Shown here one piece after another: positions 11,521 to 25,034 of a stretch of 64,000 nt of DNA. Made by a program: the position numbers and the translations under genes. The stretch covers positions 119,908,001 through 119,972,000 of the forward strand of contig NC_042999.1 of the NCBI RefSeq assembly GCF_006345805.1, in the 5' to 3' direction. Position 1 is the first letter of the stretch, and the number at the start of each line of letters is the position of its first letter. The notes under the pieces were generated by a model. It searched no databases, was not told the DNA's origin, and saw only the letters and a program-made list of their open reading frames with translations. The stretch is from Octopus sinensis. Its lineage: Eukaryota.

Positions 11521-12678
11521 GATGAATTAAAATGGGGTTACGAACAAAATAGTCTGTATCACCTAGAAACGGGCCAAGTGGAAGCTATCTCTGAAAGATT
11601 ACGAAGAAGTGGAGAACGCTCACATCTCCGAAAGCTATTATTTACTCATCTTGTTGCCTTGCCTCAGTTTTCATTTCAGCAGGTTGACCCATTTGTCTGG
11701 ACTTCCGCATCTGTGGAAGGTTGCAGTTTTCCTGGTTAGAAATTTGATCTGCTTTGAATACCCTCTGTGGCCACGTGTAGTAAAACCGGCAAGTAAGAGA
11801 GTAACATTCATTGAATTATGATTGAAAAGGGGTACCGATTGGAAATCAAGGTGGTTGGATATTTGGGATAACCCTATCTTCTAGAGGTGGCAGATGATAC
11901 CCTATTGCGGGTCCTTCTTAATATATAGTAAATGAACTTTTAATCTGTGTTTATGTCATGTTTCGTAATCTCAATTATTTTATTGTGTGTACATCCAGTA
12001 CGTTCCTTTGTAATTATTTTGTAAGAACAAATAAACGTTCCGTATTTTTATGACGTAAGCTCCTGCCAACAAAAACGAAATAAACCTCCTTCTCCTTCTT
12101 CCTCCTCCTTCTCCTTCTCCTCCTGCTCATCATCATCATCATCATCTTCTTCTTCAACTGTTAACTACTTCTAAGAAGTAGCAGATGTAATTGTAGTAGT
12201 CGTCATGTTTTGAGTGTTGCTGTTGTCTTTGATGTAGCTGTTGGTATTTCAGTCACTTTCAATGCCACAGTTATTGTTACGCATAACACCCTTTTTGTTA
12301 TTGTTGTTGTATATGATGACGATGATGTTGATGATAATGACGTGTTACCAATTTATATCCGAGAGCGAACTCAATTAACCAGATCTGTGTAAAGGAATAA
12401 TGTAAAATTCGCCAACGTTTAGTTGAATCTTAAATGATCGATTCTAATTCAGTGTTAGAACTTTCATAGGTGCCAGTGGCAGATAATTCTTTTGAAATAT
12501 AAAACTAAATAGTTTGATCTAGAAATAGAAAAAGTAGGATCACGAAACAAAACGCTAGTTTTAGAGCGTATTTAGACCCGATTACTTTCTCTAAAGAAAT
12601 CTGTAATGTTTATGCAAATAGAAATGTATCAAACAGTAGCCCGTTTTTGAGTTTAATTTCTTGTCTGTTTCTCCCACA

Positions 12679-12747
<69 letters not shown>

Positions 12748-12946
12748 ACATCCCCCCCCCAAAAAAAAAACAAAGAAATAAACCAAATATGTTATCAATC
12801 TCTCCAATAGCAAAACACTAGCAATTTGGTGAGGTTGATTGAAATATCATCCTTCGAAAGAGTTTTATTTGTGTAAGATATATGCCCATGATCTATATAG
12901 CAATGTCTTTCAAATTGAATTAATCTGCACGTCGAATACACTGCCG

Positions 12947-13010
<64 letters not shown>

Positions 13011-14516
13011 TGCATATGCATTTTCATACCATTGTTTAAAACTGCTTGTATACATGTGTGCGCATACATATGAGGATATTGGAAAATGTGAAATAGTTAT
13101 TTTATGGAAATATATACAATTTATTCGGAAAAAATTATTTTCTGCAACTTTTGGCTGAGTGAATCACTATCTCTGTGTTTATTTTGTGAACCATTTCCTT
13201 TTGCATTATTTCCACTCATGCAGACTTCGATGCGTCTATATGCAATCATTATTTTCGGACTTCATCTCAGCCGCTTTAATTGCTATGTTTCGATCCGTTT
13301 GATATGAGATATTAATTAAAATGCATCTTTTGTTTCTATAGATTTTAAATGACTTTGTCTGTTCAGTTGGTCAATGTCGAACTACGTTAACACATTCCTA
13401 TCACTTCTTTCTTTGCAACAATTTTACACTTTTCTATAGTGTTAATTGAAATTACATAATATCTAGGTGTAACAATAGGATTTTGTGCATATGCAAATTG
13501 CAGCTCTGTTTTGACATATATTCAACCAATTTTAATCAGAAACTACCAACTATTCGATGATGTTTATAACATAACGTTGCAGTTTTGTAGTGATAACTGT
13601 TATAGAGATGTTGATACTGAAATACAGATTTAACTCCTTTACGTCCATTTTTTAATACCTCTGGCTTATATCGTAATGATATGTGTTTTCTCTCTTTTAC
13701 ATGCTCCGTGTTGTGAAAATGATAGTATCTGGTTCATATCATGTAGTTTGTTTTCTTTGTTACGTTTCAAATACTAATGGCGTACATTTTGTACACATGT
13801 TTGCATCTTATTTATCTATATGTGTATTGTCTTTAGCGACAGTTCCAATTTTATTCATAGAGAGATTATTTTCCCATAATGAAAAGATTTGATACGCATA
13901 TTGCGATTCAAATTATTAGTGATAGTTGGAAATAATAGACCGAATGCTTTGTTAGAAGACTATCATCCTATAAATGTTGGTTAATTCCAGTAGTAGTCTC
14001 TTTGCATCGATGAATTGGTGGAGATGGTGATGCTATTATTCATTGTAGTTTAAAATATTCCAGCTGAGCCAGCTATTTTTAGTGTTTTGCTAAATACATA
14101 TGGCTCATAATTTTCGTTAGTTGAACAAGAGATATTCTTTTTTTCATCACTTTCTCCGTCGAGGCTGTTGTTAGACATCGTTAACATTATTTAAGAAAGA
14201 AATTCTGTGACATTCGTCGCCAAGAAAGGACTGGCTCTCTAATTTCCTTATGCAGTTGGACGTATCGGAAATAGAGTCGTCGGCACCATATTAAAGAAAT
14301 ATCAATTAGTAACAGGAGCACTCTTTAACCAAGATACGTTGGTTAATTTGTAAAACAGAGAAGCAATTACATACTGGTTAATGGTAGTATCATACTTTAA
14401 AGAATGTTTTAACAAGCAGACCTATAATGTAGTTCTATATTTAAGAAATGAGGAATTATGTGCCTTATTTACATTATTTACATTTGACAGATATTTCCCT
14501 TATCTTGTTTGTTGTT

Positions 14517-14562
14517 AACACAACGTTTCGGATGATATACTCTCCAGCCTTCATCGGGCGTC
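14517..14562 (-). ncRNA. Decayed hammerhead ribozyme (left-arm copy)
   Basis: GACGC-CCGATGA-A-GGCTG..CATCC-GAAA-CG-TT-GTGTT. It carries a U4C core change and a helix II mismatch. Confidence 0.55.
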
Positions 14563-14641
14563 TTGGGAAAATGTCGAACCTGGGTTCTCAATCCTAAGTT
14601 ATTTTTTGATATTATTATTATTATTATTATCATTATTATTA

Positions 14642-14700
<59 letters not shown>

Positions 14701-14703
<3 letters not shown>

Positions 14704-14835
14704 TAACTACCAAGAATCGAACTCGGAATCTTGAGTTTAGCAGCCCGCGCTCTTAACCGCTACGTCATATTCCCACGGGCATATGGCGTAGTGGTTAAGA
14801 GCGCGGCTAAGAGTTCGATTCCAGGCAGTCACCTG
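14701..14835. promoter_or_regulatory. Divergent pair of tRNA-derived heads (Pol III A/B boxes)
   Basis: Plus strand: TGGCGTAGTGG (A box) and GAGTTCGATTCC (B box), with the anticodon arm deleted. Minus strand: TGACGTAGCGG and GAGTTCGATTC, with the arm retained. Confidence 0.7.
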
Positions 14836-14865
14836 AATAATAATAATAATAACAACAACAACAAC

Positions 14866-14900
<35 letters not shown>

Positions 14901-14902
<2 letters not shown>

Positions 14903-15453
14903 GCTTCTGATCTTAACTGATTGGAAGTGTTATCATGTACATTGTTTTGTCTAGGTATAAAAGATGGGTTACAGCAAATATTCTGCTTAATACCACAGAT
15001 TTGCTTGTCAGTTGTTTGGTCTGAACCAGTTGACCATGTCCCTTAGTGGCTGACGATATGTGCCTCTCTGATCACGAGCAGAAGTAGTGGGGGAGCATCA
15101 TAGCCATGTGTTAAGAGGGATTCTTTGGGGTTTGAATAATTCACCTCTAGAAACATGGGTGGTTCTTTCAACATCCTTAAACAACCCTTATTCAGGGACC
15201 TTTTGAGCGGGATGGGCTACTCAACCTGAAGAAAATTCTAACTGGGCCCCACTTGCAATGTCATGTGCTGTTTATCTTGATATGAGAACACCATGTCGCG
15301 CACATATGGTAGTGATGCATGTGCCTAATGTACCTTATCAGACGGGTTGTCATGATGGGTATATTGGGCTTCGTATATTTTACCCCAGTGTCACTTGGAT
15401 GGCATGCACTGCTCTCTCACTCAATAATAATAATGATAATGATAATAATAATA

Positions 15454-15512
<59 letters not shown>

Positions 15513-15530
15513 TTAATAATAATAATAATA
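14901..15530 (+). mobile_element. Retroposon 3' fragment (LINE/SINE tail) ending in (AAT)n, inserted in the palindrome's (AAT)n tract
   Basis: A ~520-bp unique segment absent from the mirrored left arm, bounded by (AAT)n on both sides and ending CTCTCTCACTC(AAT)n. Family assignment is from recollection of octopus repeats only. Confidence 0.65.
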
Positions 15531-15577
15531 TCGAAAAATACCTTAGGAATGAAAACCCAGTTTCGAAATTTCTCCAA

Positions 15578-15623
15578 AACATCTGATGAAGGCTGGAGGG
15601 TATATCAGCTGAAACGTTGTGTT
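15578..15623 (+). ncRNA. Minimal type I hammerhead ribozyme with an extra A10
   Basis: AACAT-CTGATGA-A-GGCTG gagggtatat CAGCT-GAAA-CG-TT-GTGTT. The core is intact, helices I and II are 5 bp each (each with one G-U), and helix III is the palindrome AACGTT. Predicted cleavage is after 15618. Confidence 0.72.
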
Positions 15624-15687
15624 AACAACAAACACGATGAGGACAAATATCCGTCAAATTTAAATAATGTAAATAAAGACCTATAAC

Positions 15688-15870
15688 GGTTTCAAATTTT
15701 GTCACAAGGCCAGTGATGTCCGGGAGAGGGTAGGTCGATTACATCGACCCCACTGCTGAAATGGTACTTTTGACCTCGAGAGGATAATAGGCAAAGTTGA
15801 TCTTAACGACATTTGAACTCAGAACTTAGTATGTCCAGCATACTAACGATTCTACCAGCTCGCCGACTTG
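15688..15870 (-). mobile_element. tRNA-headed SINE (GTCGATTACATCGACCCC family), decayed with an internal deletion
   Basis: Shares GTCGATTACATCGACCCC, ATTTGAACTCAGAAC and CCAGCTCGCCG with 62650-62853. Confidence 0.75.
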
Positions 15871-18354
15871 GACGCATTCTTACCATCCATGATCATTTCA
15901 TCTTTTTTTTTATTCCAAACACATTGTACTTAACACTATATTTTCTAGTATTTACTACATTTTCTCAGTTATTAGCGTGTGATTTGAAAAAGATTTTGTT
16001 GCAAATTATCACAGGTCGTTTGCGTACGGAATTCTCTTCTCAGTGACAGTTATCGATACTGACGTAATTTCTGTTTCTGTTACTACAGGTAACGGTGTTG
16101 TGTTCTCACTGTCTCAAGTGGATGATATTACCAAAAAAGCTTTCGCACTATTATTTTCATCCATGACGACTACGTTCGATCGCAATATGCTTTTGAGAGT
16201 CATTTCATTATGAAAAATATGTTTTCTCTGCATAAAATACGGATAGGCATATAACGCAATACACATATAGAAAAATTATCTGCGAACGCCTGTGCAAAAT
16301 ATATACCAATAGCATTTGAAATACAACCTGAATTTTAATACTACATGTAAAGAAAATTCTGCAATCCAATATCTCTACAAGATATATCAAGGTTATATAG
16401 TGTTGCATGAGCTATATGCTATGAAGTGATCATTGTACGCAAGAAAATGTGTCTTGATATTTTTATTTCTTGAAATATGCATAGCTTTCATTATGAGTTC
16501 GCTTGTAAGATTTGCTTAATATGCTAATAGTGAGATGAACGTTAGCTATAAATTATTATGTCAAATAGAAGGCGCTTCCTAAGGGCGTAAAGGATCTGAT
16601 TAACATGAATTCCATAAAAGTTGACAAAGAAATGGCAACGTCTAATGAGATACTCATAATGATAATACTACGAACTTTGGCTTAAGCATTTTCCACAGAA
16701 ATATATAGCATGACTGAAAGTTAATTTCTTATTTCCTCTAAAATAAAATGCTTTTCAAACAGTCAATTAGAGGATGTTAAACAGAAAGGAAACATGTTTT
16801 CAATGAAAACTATCGTGACGTCGAAAGGCACTAGAAATTCGGACGTCACTATTAGTAAGTCTTAAATGAGTGTCCTGTCTAACAGTTGACCCCAATAGAT
16901 CCAGTTACCAGATATATTATATTCTCACTTTTTTACTTGACTCATTAGCAGTTCTTTCTTTATTCAAAGGAAACGATTATGAAGAATTCATATATCACTG
17001 GAAACAAGTACTTCAACTATAAATAGTTAAGTAAATCTGGATTATTGAGTTTGCCACAAAGTACAAAATGTTTACATTGTTAACGTTATATAGATGTTAT
17101 AATATATGGTATATCAGACCAATATGATACGGATAATGTATGCATTCAGTTAAAATCTACCTACTGCTAAGACATTCCGTTCACAAACTGCCAAAGCTAC
17201 ATTTTCAGCACACACACGTTACACAAAAATCTTTCTTTCTTTACCACCTTCGCTTTGTTCAACATCACTCTACATAACATAAAAAAAATTAGATTATTCC
17301 ATCTATATGCACACATTTTTTAAAACAATAACCGGAAAATCAATGAGCAATGGAGACCAAATTCACATTTCATACGCATTAATCAGGTGATACTAATAAG
17401 TCAGACATGACCTGTGCGTCTATATGTCAAAATGTATCTAAGGTATCTGGGACTGCGTTATAGTGTTTTAACACAAGTGAATTAGAATATTTTCTTGCAA
17501 ACGGCATTTTAATATCGCTAGACATCCATTATGGCTTGATTATAGTATTTTGTATAGAAACTGTAAGAGTAACAACAAGAACATCCCAATCTCTCAGTAA
17601 GGTAGTATACGCACGCACACACGCTTGCACGCAAACATACAGATGCACATGCATATATAATTTTTTTATGCATTCATTATCAGTAACATCATCGTAAAAT
17701 ACTAGATGAAAAATAACATGATAATTATGCGCATTTATGGTACATTCGTGAACAACTATAAATTGGATATAGCAAAGCAGAACATATTCTAAGTATTAGC
17801 AGGCTGCAAATAATAATATTACCGTCACTTGCTGTTCGTTGGCAAAAAGGTTTCGTTGCGTGTTTTAGTCTAAAGAAAGAGTGTGTTTGTGTGAGAACAT
17901 TTCTATGTTTATGTTATTTTTATGCTGCAAATATGCATGGTAATGTTCAAATGTGCAAATGAATAGACAATATCAAGCATGCATTAAATTGGCAAACATA
18001 CAGATACATAAATCAGATAACGCCTTGTTCATAAACACACATGTACATACACACGCGCAGACAAGAGCGCACATACACTCAGGCGCACAATTATAAATAT
18101 TTATGAATGTTCATGCGCGCGCGTGGTAGGTACGTGGTAGGGCTGTTAAAGATATTTGATTGTGAATTAGTGAGTTCCATTCCGGTGTCGGGTTATATGC
18201 TGTGTCTTTAAAGAAAGGTACACTTTTTGGAGCTTCACTCATATTAGATAAGAATCAGTAACAACCGGGAGTTCAAACTGTGATGTACTAGAGTTACTTC
18301 CCGGAAATTGTAACGAGTCCCGACCTAATGAGCCTGTAGGCTTGAGACACCCTT

Positions 18355-18555
18355 TATGGGAAAGTTTACGAAAATAAACAAAAGACGAAGACAGGGGTGT
18401 ACAAAACAAACAGATGTATTAGTATAGCGCTCAGGAATAGAAAAAGTATTTTACGTTTCGAGCCTACGCTCTTCTACAGAAAGGTACACAGAAAAACAAG
18501 GAGAGAAACATGGAGAGAAAAAAATGTATGTAGTGGCTAACGATCTATCATGGCA
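18355..18555 (-). mobile_element. ~200-bp HHR-bearing repeat (pLTR/retrozyme-like), copy 1
   Basis: Aligns along its length with 24761-24965. Minus-strand CTGTAGA-A-GAGC GTAG GCTC-GAAA-CG-TA lies at ~18447-18484. Confidence 0.7.
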
Positions 18556-19848
18556 TGCATACTGTAAAGTTTAAGAAGTTTTCCACGTTGTGAATTCTAG
18601 TAAATAACATAAAAATGAATGGAAATACACAGAAACCTTATGCTGAAAACATTCGTGCGCGCATGTGTAATATATTTACATACTCGACCGATTTCGCTCA
18701 TGATAGTCACAACTGGTATTTATTTTATATCTAGGGAAACGGATTTGTTCTTTATTCAGTGTTGTTCGCCGTCTGTGAGACATTCTTGTTTGCCCTATAT
18801 AATCATGTCCACATCCTGAACAAGTTATGACATACAGTTTTGAATATTTATCCTTATTTAAAATGGAATTCCAAACCTTCTAGTAGGTTGGGACTTGTTC
18901 CACAATTCGGATACCCGCAATTCTCAACTCTTGGTTATTGTTGGGTATAATTAGGCACCTGTCAGTGTTCTCTTTAGTGATCTTGGCTGCATTTGTACTT
19001 TTAATGAATATGTGTGCGCAGAGGATTTGATTCATCTTAGTGTTCCTTGAGGGCATAGGTCGTATAAATCTAGCTTCAATACCGGACGTAATGAGGAATA
19101 TAACACTATTATTCAAAGTTAAACAATATATAAACAAATACTACTAAACTTACACTTAAAGAATTGTGCGTGGAATGTCGAACCAAATTTCAAAATATTT
19201 TCTATATACCAATTCAATAGAAACATTTCTGTACAAGTTACGAATAAAGATTTATTGAAAATATCAACTGCACCTGTCTATGAACATATCACCAGTCTTG
19301 GACTACCTAAATAGTATGGTTCATGACTACATATCTTTTTTCAGGTACATGTAATCAGTTACCGTTCCCAAATTGGGGGTAATTACCTTCCCTTATTCTA
19401 ATAATAACAATCACTGATTATTCCACACCTAAAATATATTTACGTTCCGATTCGTGTATAAAATATCTGCGTTCCTACAAGCATGGGATGAAAACTCATG
19501 ATATCATGAAGTTATAACATTATCACAACCTAAGTTGCTAAGGTGGTAGCAACTTGTATACTCAACCTCAAATCCCAAAACATTGTTTACTCTATCCCGG
19601 TCCATAGTAAGTGACAAATTGTGTTTAAGTGAATCGCTAACCCTCCTTTGCAACCGCAACTCGTTATTACTTAATAGATTCTCAGATGTAATGCTCTCTT
19701 GTAAACACAGGTTCTAATCTTCATTTGACTATTTTATTAAATGTATGTAATCCCCTAACTATGACTATCTTTAATTACCATTAAACTTAATGTACAACTA
19801 GACCGACCTAGCAATAATACCACTCTTTCTACTAAACTATTTCTTCTC

Positions 19849-20888
<1,040 letters not shown>

Positions 20889-20915
20889 CATATACACACA
20901 GACACATATATATAT

Positions 20916-21110
20916 ATAGAGAGAGTTTCAGTCTGTGGCCTATCTGGAGCATCGCCTTGGGAAAATTTAGTCGAAAGAATCGATCCTAGTACTTATAACT
21001 TAAACCATATTAATTATTTTATAGGGCCTCTTTTGTCCAAACACATTTTTCAAGTGGAGTTGGAGGACAAACAGTTACAAATCCAGACACACCGATACAT
21101 AAACAATGGC
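20916..21110 (-). mobile_element. Decayed SINE fragment
   Basis: CTGGAGCATCGCC..TTTAGTCGA..ATCGATCC..CCTCTTTTG resembles a common cephalopod SINE body (recollection). A related stub sits at 62150-62200. Confidence 0.4.
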
Positions 21111-21179
21111 ACTACAATATGTGTATGCATGTGTGTGCGTGTGTGTGAATGTGTGTGTATGTATATATAAATATGTATA

Positions 21180-21246
<67 letters not shown>

Positions 21247-22949
21247 AATACACACGTATGCTCACATACATAGATATACTTACACACACGCACACATGTA
21301 TTGCAGTCGCTATGTAATTTTTATCGCAAAAACAGAACGATATTAAACAAAGTAAAACAAAAGTCCACATGCATATCTCAACTCAACTCCATTTTGGAAA
21401 GAAATAGAAGAGAGAAGAGACGCGTAAAAAAATTTCGCGCATGGGAGAGCAGTTTTAAGGCAGATAAGCTGAATAATATGTGTAAGCTGGTACATATGCA
21501 TATTTGTAGTTGGTTTCAATCTGTGTGTGTGTGTGCTTCGAGTTATTTATTTGGGGTTCTGTTGTTGTACGTTTATATATGTATCTGTGTGTGCTCGTTT
21601 ATGCTTGTTGACGTCTAGCATATTTTTGTGTAATAATATGCAACTGTTGTTGATGTGCGTGTGTGTGCTGTTGTGCTTTGTGAATGTGTGTCGGGTACCT
21701 CTAGGGCTGTGTTTCTGTGGGTGCCGCTGTGTTCTGTGTTCATGATTTCGTCTGTGAGATTGTGTTGTATAGTCTCATATGTGGATGCACATGTTTGCAG
21801 AGAGTGACTGTTTCTACATTGTTTTTTCTCTTCTCATTTTGTTTATGTGTGTTTATTGTCTGAATGTGTGTTCACGTTGGCTTTATTGCTTTATGTTTAT
21901 CATTTGGTTTTGAATGTCTATATGTAAGCGTGCGTGTATCGCGATTTTATGAAAAACTGTATGCTTTCACAACGGCTGTATGTAGGTTTTTGCGCATGTC
22001 TTAGTGATGTTGTGTGTGCATATATATATTCATATGTGTATTTTCTATGCATATATGAGGTGAATTGTCTGCGTGTTTACATTCGGTGTTTTTATATGCA
22101 CTATATTTTGAAATTTGAGTTTACACCGCTTACATTGAGCTGTTTGAAGTATGCCGAATGTGATTAGATACGTGCATGTGTTTGTATTTGAGAATGTGTA
22201 TTATGCGATGGAAATTTGATTTACAGGGTGAATGCTTGGAGCGTGTGTCTGTGTATGTGTGTGTGTGAGTGTTTGTGTGTGTGCGTGCGTGTATGTGAGT
22301 AAGTGTGTGTTAGTTGAATAAATAAATGTTTGTGCTCGTAGGTACTTCGTGCTCGTTTACATATTAATGTGCTGTTGTGCGTGTGTAGTTTGCATGCATG
22401 AGGATGTGTGTCATCTTGTAGTGTTGTCTTTGTGTTGTGTGAAAACGTGCGCCTGTTTATTTGGAGCGTGCGTACAGGAAACTTGAATTTGTGCACATTT
22501 TTGTTTTTATGTGCGCATGTGTATACCGTCTGAAACTATGTCTGCATCAGTTTTATTCTATGTTATGTCATCACGTTTGGAATGTGTGTGTGTGTGTGTG
22601 TGTGTCTGTTTGAGTGCGTGTTTAATTTAATTTCCTTATCATCTATGGAGCAACGTTATGACTAGGTGCTTCTCTATGTTTGTAATGTATTTCTGTATTC
22701 ATCCATGTTGCCAGAGTGTTACTCGTATGTGTCTCTGTGTGCCGTGTGTGTGAGTGTGTGTGTGTGTGTGTGCGTGTGTGTGCGATGGGATTAGGGAAAG
22801 GTGGTTGCAGTTTTGTGTGTAGGTGTGGATTTATATATATATGTCGTGAGCAAAAACATGATTAGGAAACGTTATAAATTAAAAGAGAGAAATTGAGGTC
22901 GAGAGACGCAGAAGATTGAAGAGAAATTCTGAATCTTTATTCCCTACGT

Positions 22950-23690
22950 GAACTAGAATTTCGGGATCCAGTATGTATGGTAGAGGGAATGTGGAGAGAT
23001 TCTGAATAGAGCGATATATTGAGTGCATATGCTGCAAAATCGGGAGTTAGCCGTAGATCGGGTGTCTTCAGGTGTTCTACGAACGTCATACAAACGCTGC
23101 ACACTTTTAACAATGAAGAGAATGACAGAGCGACTATTTTAGGGAAGAAGAAGATTTGACGAGGTGAAAAATGAAGAATTTCGTGATCGATTCGTTCAAG
23201 ATGCTGCTGCTGTTGATGATGAAGTAGTAGGTGCAGCATCAGGATTGTGACCATAAAAAGTATTGTGGTATATCCACCAGCAAATATCGTGGTTGGACTC
23301 CTCCCGAAAGGAGACAAGAACGGGGTTAGAGAAGAAATAGGATGTGGCAGAGTATGATTAGAGTAATCAAAATTAACGTCCGACGGAGTGCTGAAGAGGT
23401 AATATTTAGTAAAGATAGGTGAAGGGAATGGGAAGATGGTTCGTGTTGATGAGTACGTGGAATAAAGGAATAGAAGTGCGTCATAGGTGAGGCTTTGGGG
23501 AGGATGACTTGACTAGGGTGTAATGCATCCGCGTCGATTAAAAATAAAAAGGAGAAAAAATTATCGAGACTGGGGACCGAAGTCTTGACCACTGTTTCAA
23601 AGATGATAGAAACGGAGGAATTCAGAGTAAGAGTTAATGTATTTGTTATCTGCAATATTTCTTCTTCCATTGTGAATTTCACCTTGAGGT
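22950..23690 (-). pseudogene. Very degenerate CR1/L2-group LINE reverse transcriptase fragment
   Basis: SVPSLDNFFSFLFLID...LPKASPMTHFYSFI resembles PSL..ISSFL....VDG...GVPQGSVLSPTLFLLFI. Downstream SSSTAAAS..FFTSSNLLL resembles ISSIAK.AS..YFS.SNLL.LY. Confidence 0.4.
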
Positions 23691-24705
23691 TATTAGACAG
23701 TTGTATTTCAGCTTATTTAATCTTTTCGTTTCGTTTCGAAGGTGCTTTATAAGAACTTATTTTTTATAGAGAAAGTAGCAAACAAAACATTTGCTGATGC
23801 GAGCTGAGGCGTGCTAAGTTGGATTAAATTCAGTATAAGCGCACAAACCAGTAATAATGAAAATAATGAGGAATACATTTATTTTTAACACGTTACTGTA
23901 CACTCAAAATGAGAAAATAATTCATGTCGACTTTGACTGTTGCTAATTATTGACTCTTTCTTAGATTCGATAACAAGTTGTATAGTTCTTCCGCATGGAA
24001 ATATGACTGACACAGATAGAATGTTCCATTCTGTGTTTCCCTCATCAGTGTTACGGTTTCAAATACCGCTGAGATTAGACATCTCTTTCAAACTTTTGGT
24101 GTCGATAGAATAAGTACGAGGAAAATACTGGGATCAATGTAATCGATTAACATCCTCTTAACCGGTTAGCCTTTTGCGAATATTTTAAACCATTATTTTT
24201 CAGAAATTGCAATTTTATTGGATCCAAGTACTGCTGAGTATTGTTTATGTTATTGATATGTGTACTTCGGAGGGTGGCTGTAATTATATATTTGTTTACA
24301 ATTTTTAAAAGTTATTTTAAGGAACCCATCATAAACAGAATGCTTCTGTTCCCTGTCCTCACATTTTGATTCAATTTATTTCCAGATATTTATATTTGGA
24401 GATTCTCACAATTTCATTTAGGATTATAGAGACGTTTGTTAAAATCGATAGATCGATTAATAGACAAATGCTTTCCATGTTGCCCGTTACAAAAAGATCT
24501 TGTTGATTGCCTAAATCTTCCTGGTTGTATGAATTTCCGTATCCCACAGTGCGGTTCCTTTGTTATTCTCCGAAATCTTTTGTAGTGCATGGTTGTACCA
24601 TTTCCTTTATCTTGGCATTTCAGAATACCGGTATAATCTCAAATATATGAAACTTACACACACACATATATATGTATGTATATGTATGTATGCATGTATA
24701 TGTAT

Positions 24706-24964
24706 ATATATAACGGGAAGCTTTATGAAAATAGACAAAAGACGAAGGCAGGTGGAAAACATATATAACGGGAAGCTTTATGGAAATAAACAAAAGACGA
24801 AGGCAGGTGGAATACAAACAAACAATTGTATTAGTATGGCGCTCAGGAATATGAATAAAACAAGTCTTTTACGTTTCGAGCCTACGCTCTTCAACAGAAA
24901 GATACACAGAAAAGAAACACGGAGAGAAACAAGGAGTGAAAAAAAATGCGTGCAGAAGCTAGCG

Positions 24965-24965
<1 letters not shown>
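24706..24965 (-). mobile_element. HHR-bearing repeat, copy 2, with a 55-bp tandem duplication, nested inside the R4/Dong ORF
   Basis: The 55-bp unit occurs at 24706 and 24761. The body aligns with 18355-18555. Confidence 0.75.
24865..24902 (-). ncRNA. Minimal hammerhead-like motif, A6U + A10 variant
   Basis: TCTTT-CTGTTGA-A-GAGC GTAG GCTC-GAAA-CG-TA-AAAGA. Helix I is 5 bp, helix II is 4 bp, and helix III is the palindrome ACGT. Confidence 0.58.

Positions 24966-25034
<69 letters not shown>

Larger units (their letters stand above)
14432..15676. mobile_element. Head-to-head palindromic element: [HHR tail-(ATT)n-tRNA head]<->[tRNA head-(AAT)n-HHR tail], with a retroposon nested in the right arm
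   Basis: The left arm 14465-14775 is the reverse complement of the right arm 14776-15676 once 14901-15422 is removed. The symmetry centre is CATAT TCCCACGGGC ATATG. Confidence 0.85.

Noticed and set aside
14701-14835. Functional tRNA genes
   Set aside because: No acceptor stem can be formed and the plus copy lacks the anticodon arm; these are SINE-type heads.
19532-19558. 9-bp perfect hairpin AAGTTGCTA/TAGCAACTT as a Helitron 3' end
   Set aside because: No downstream CTRR terminus and no other Helitron evidence.
24042-24048. CTGATGA on the minus strand as a hammerhead core (also 63735-63741)
   Set aside because: No compatible helix I/II/III pairing could be built around either site.
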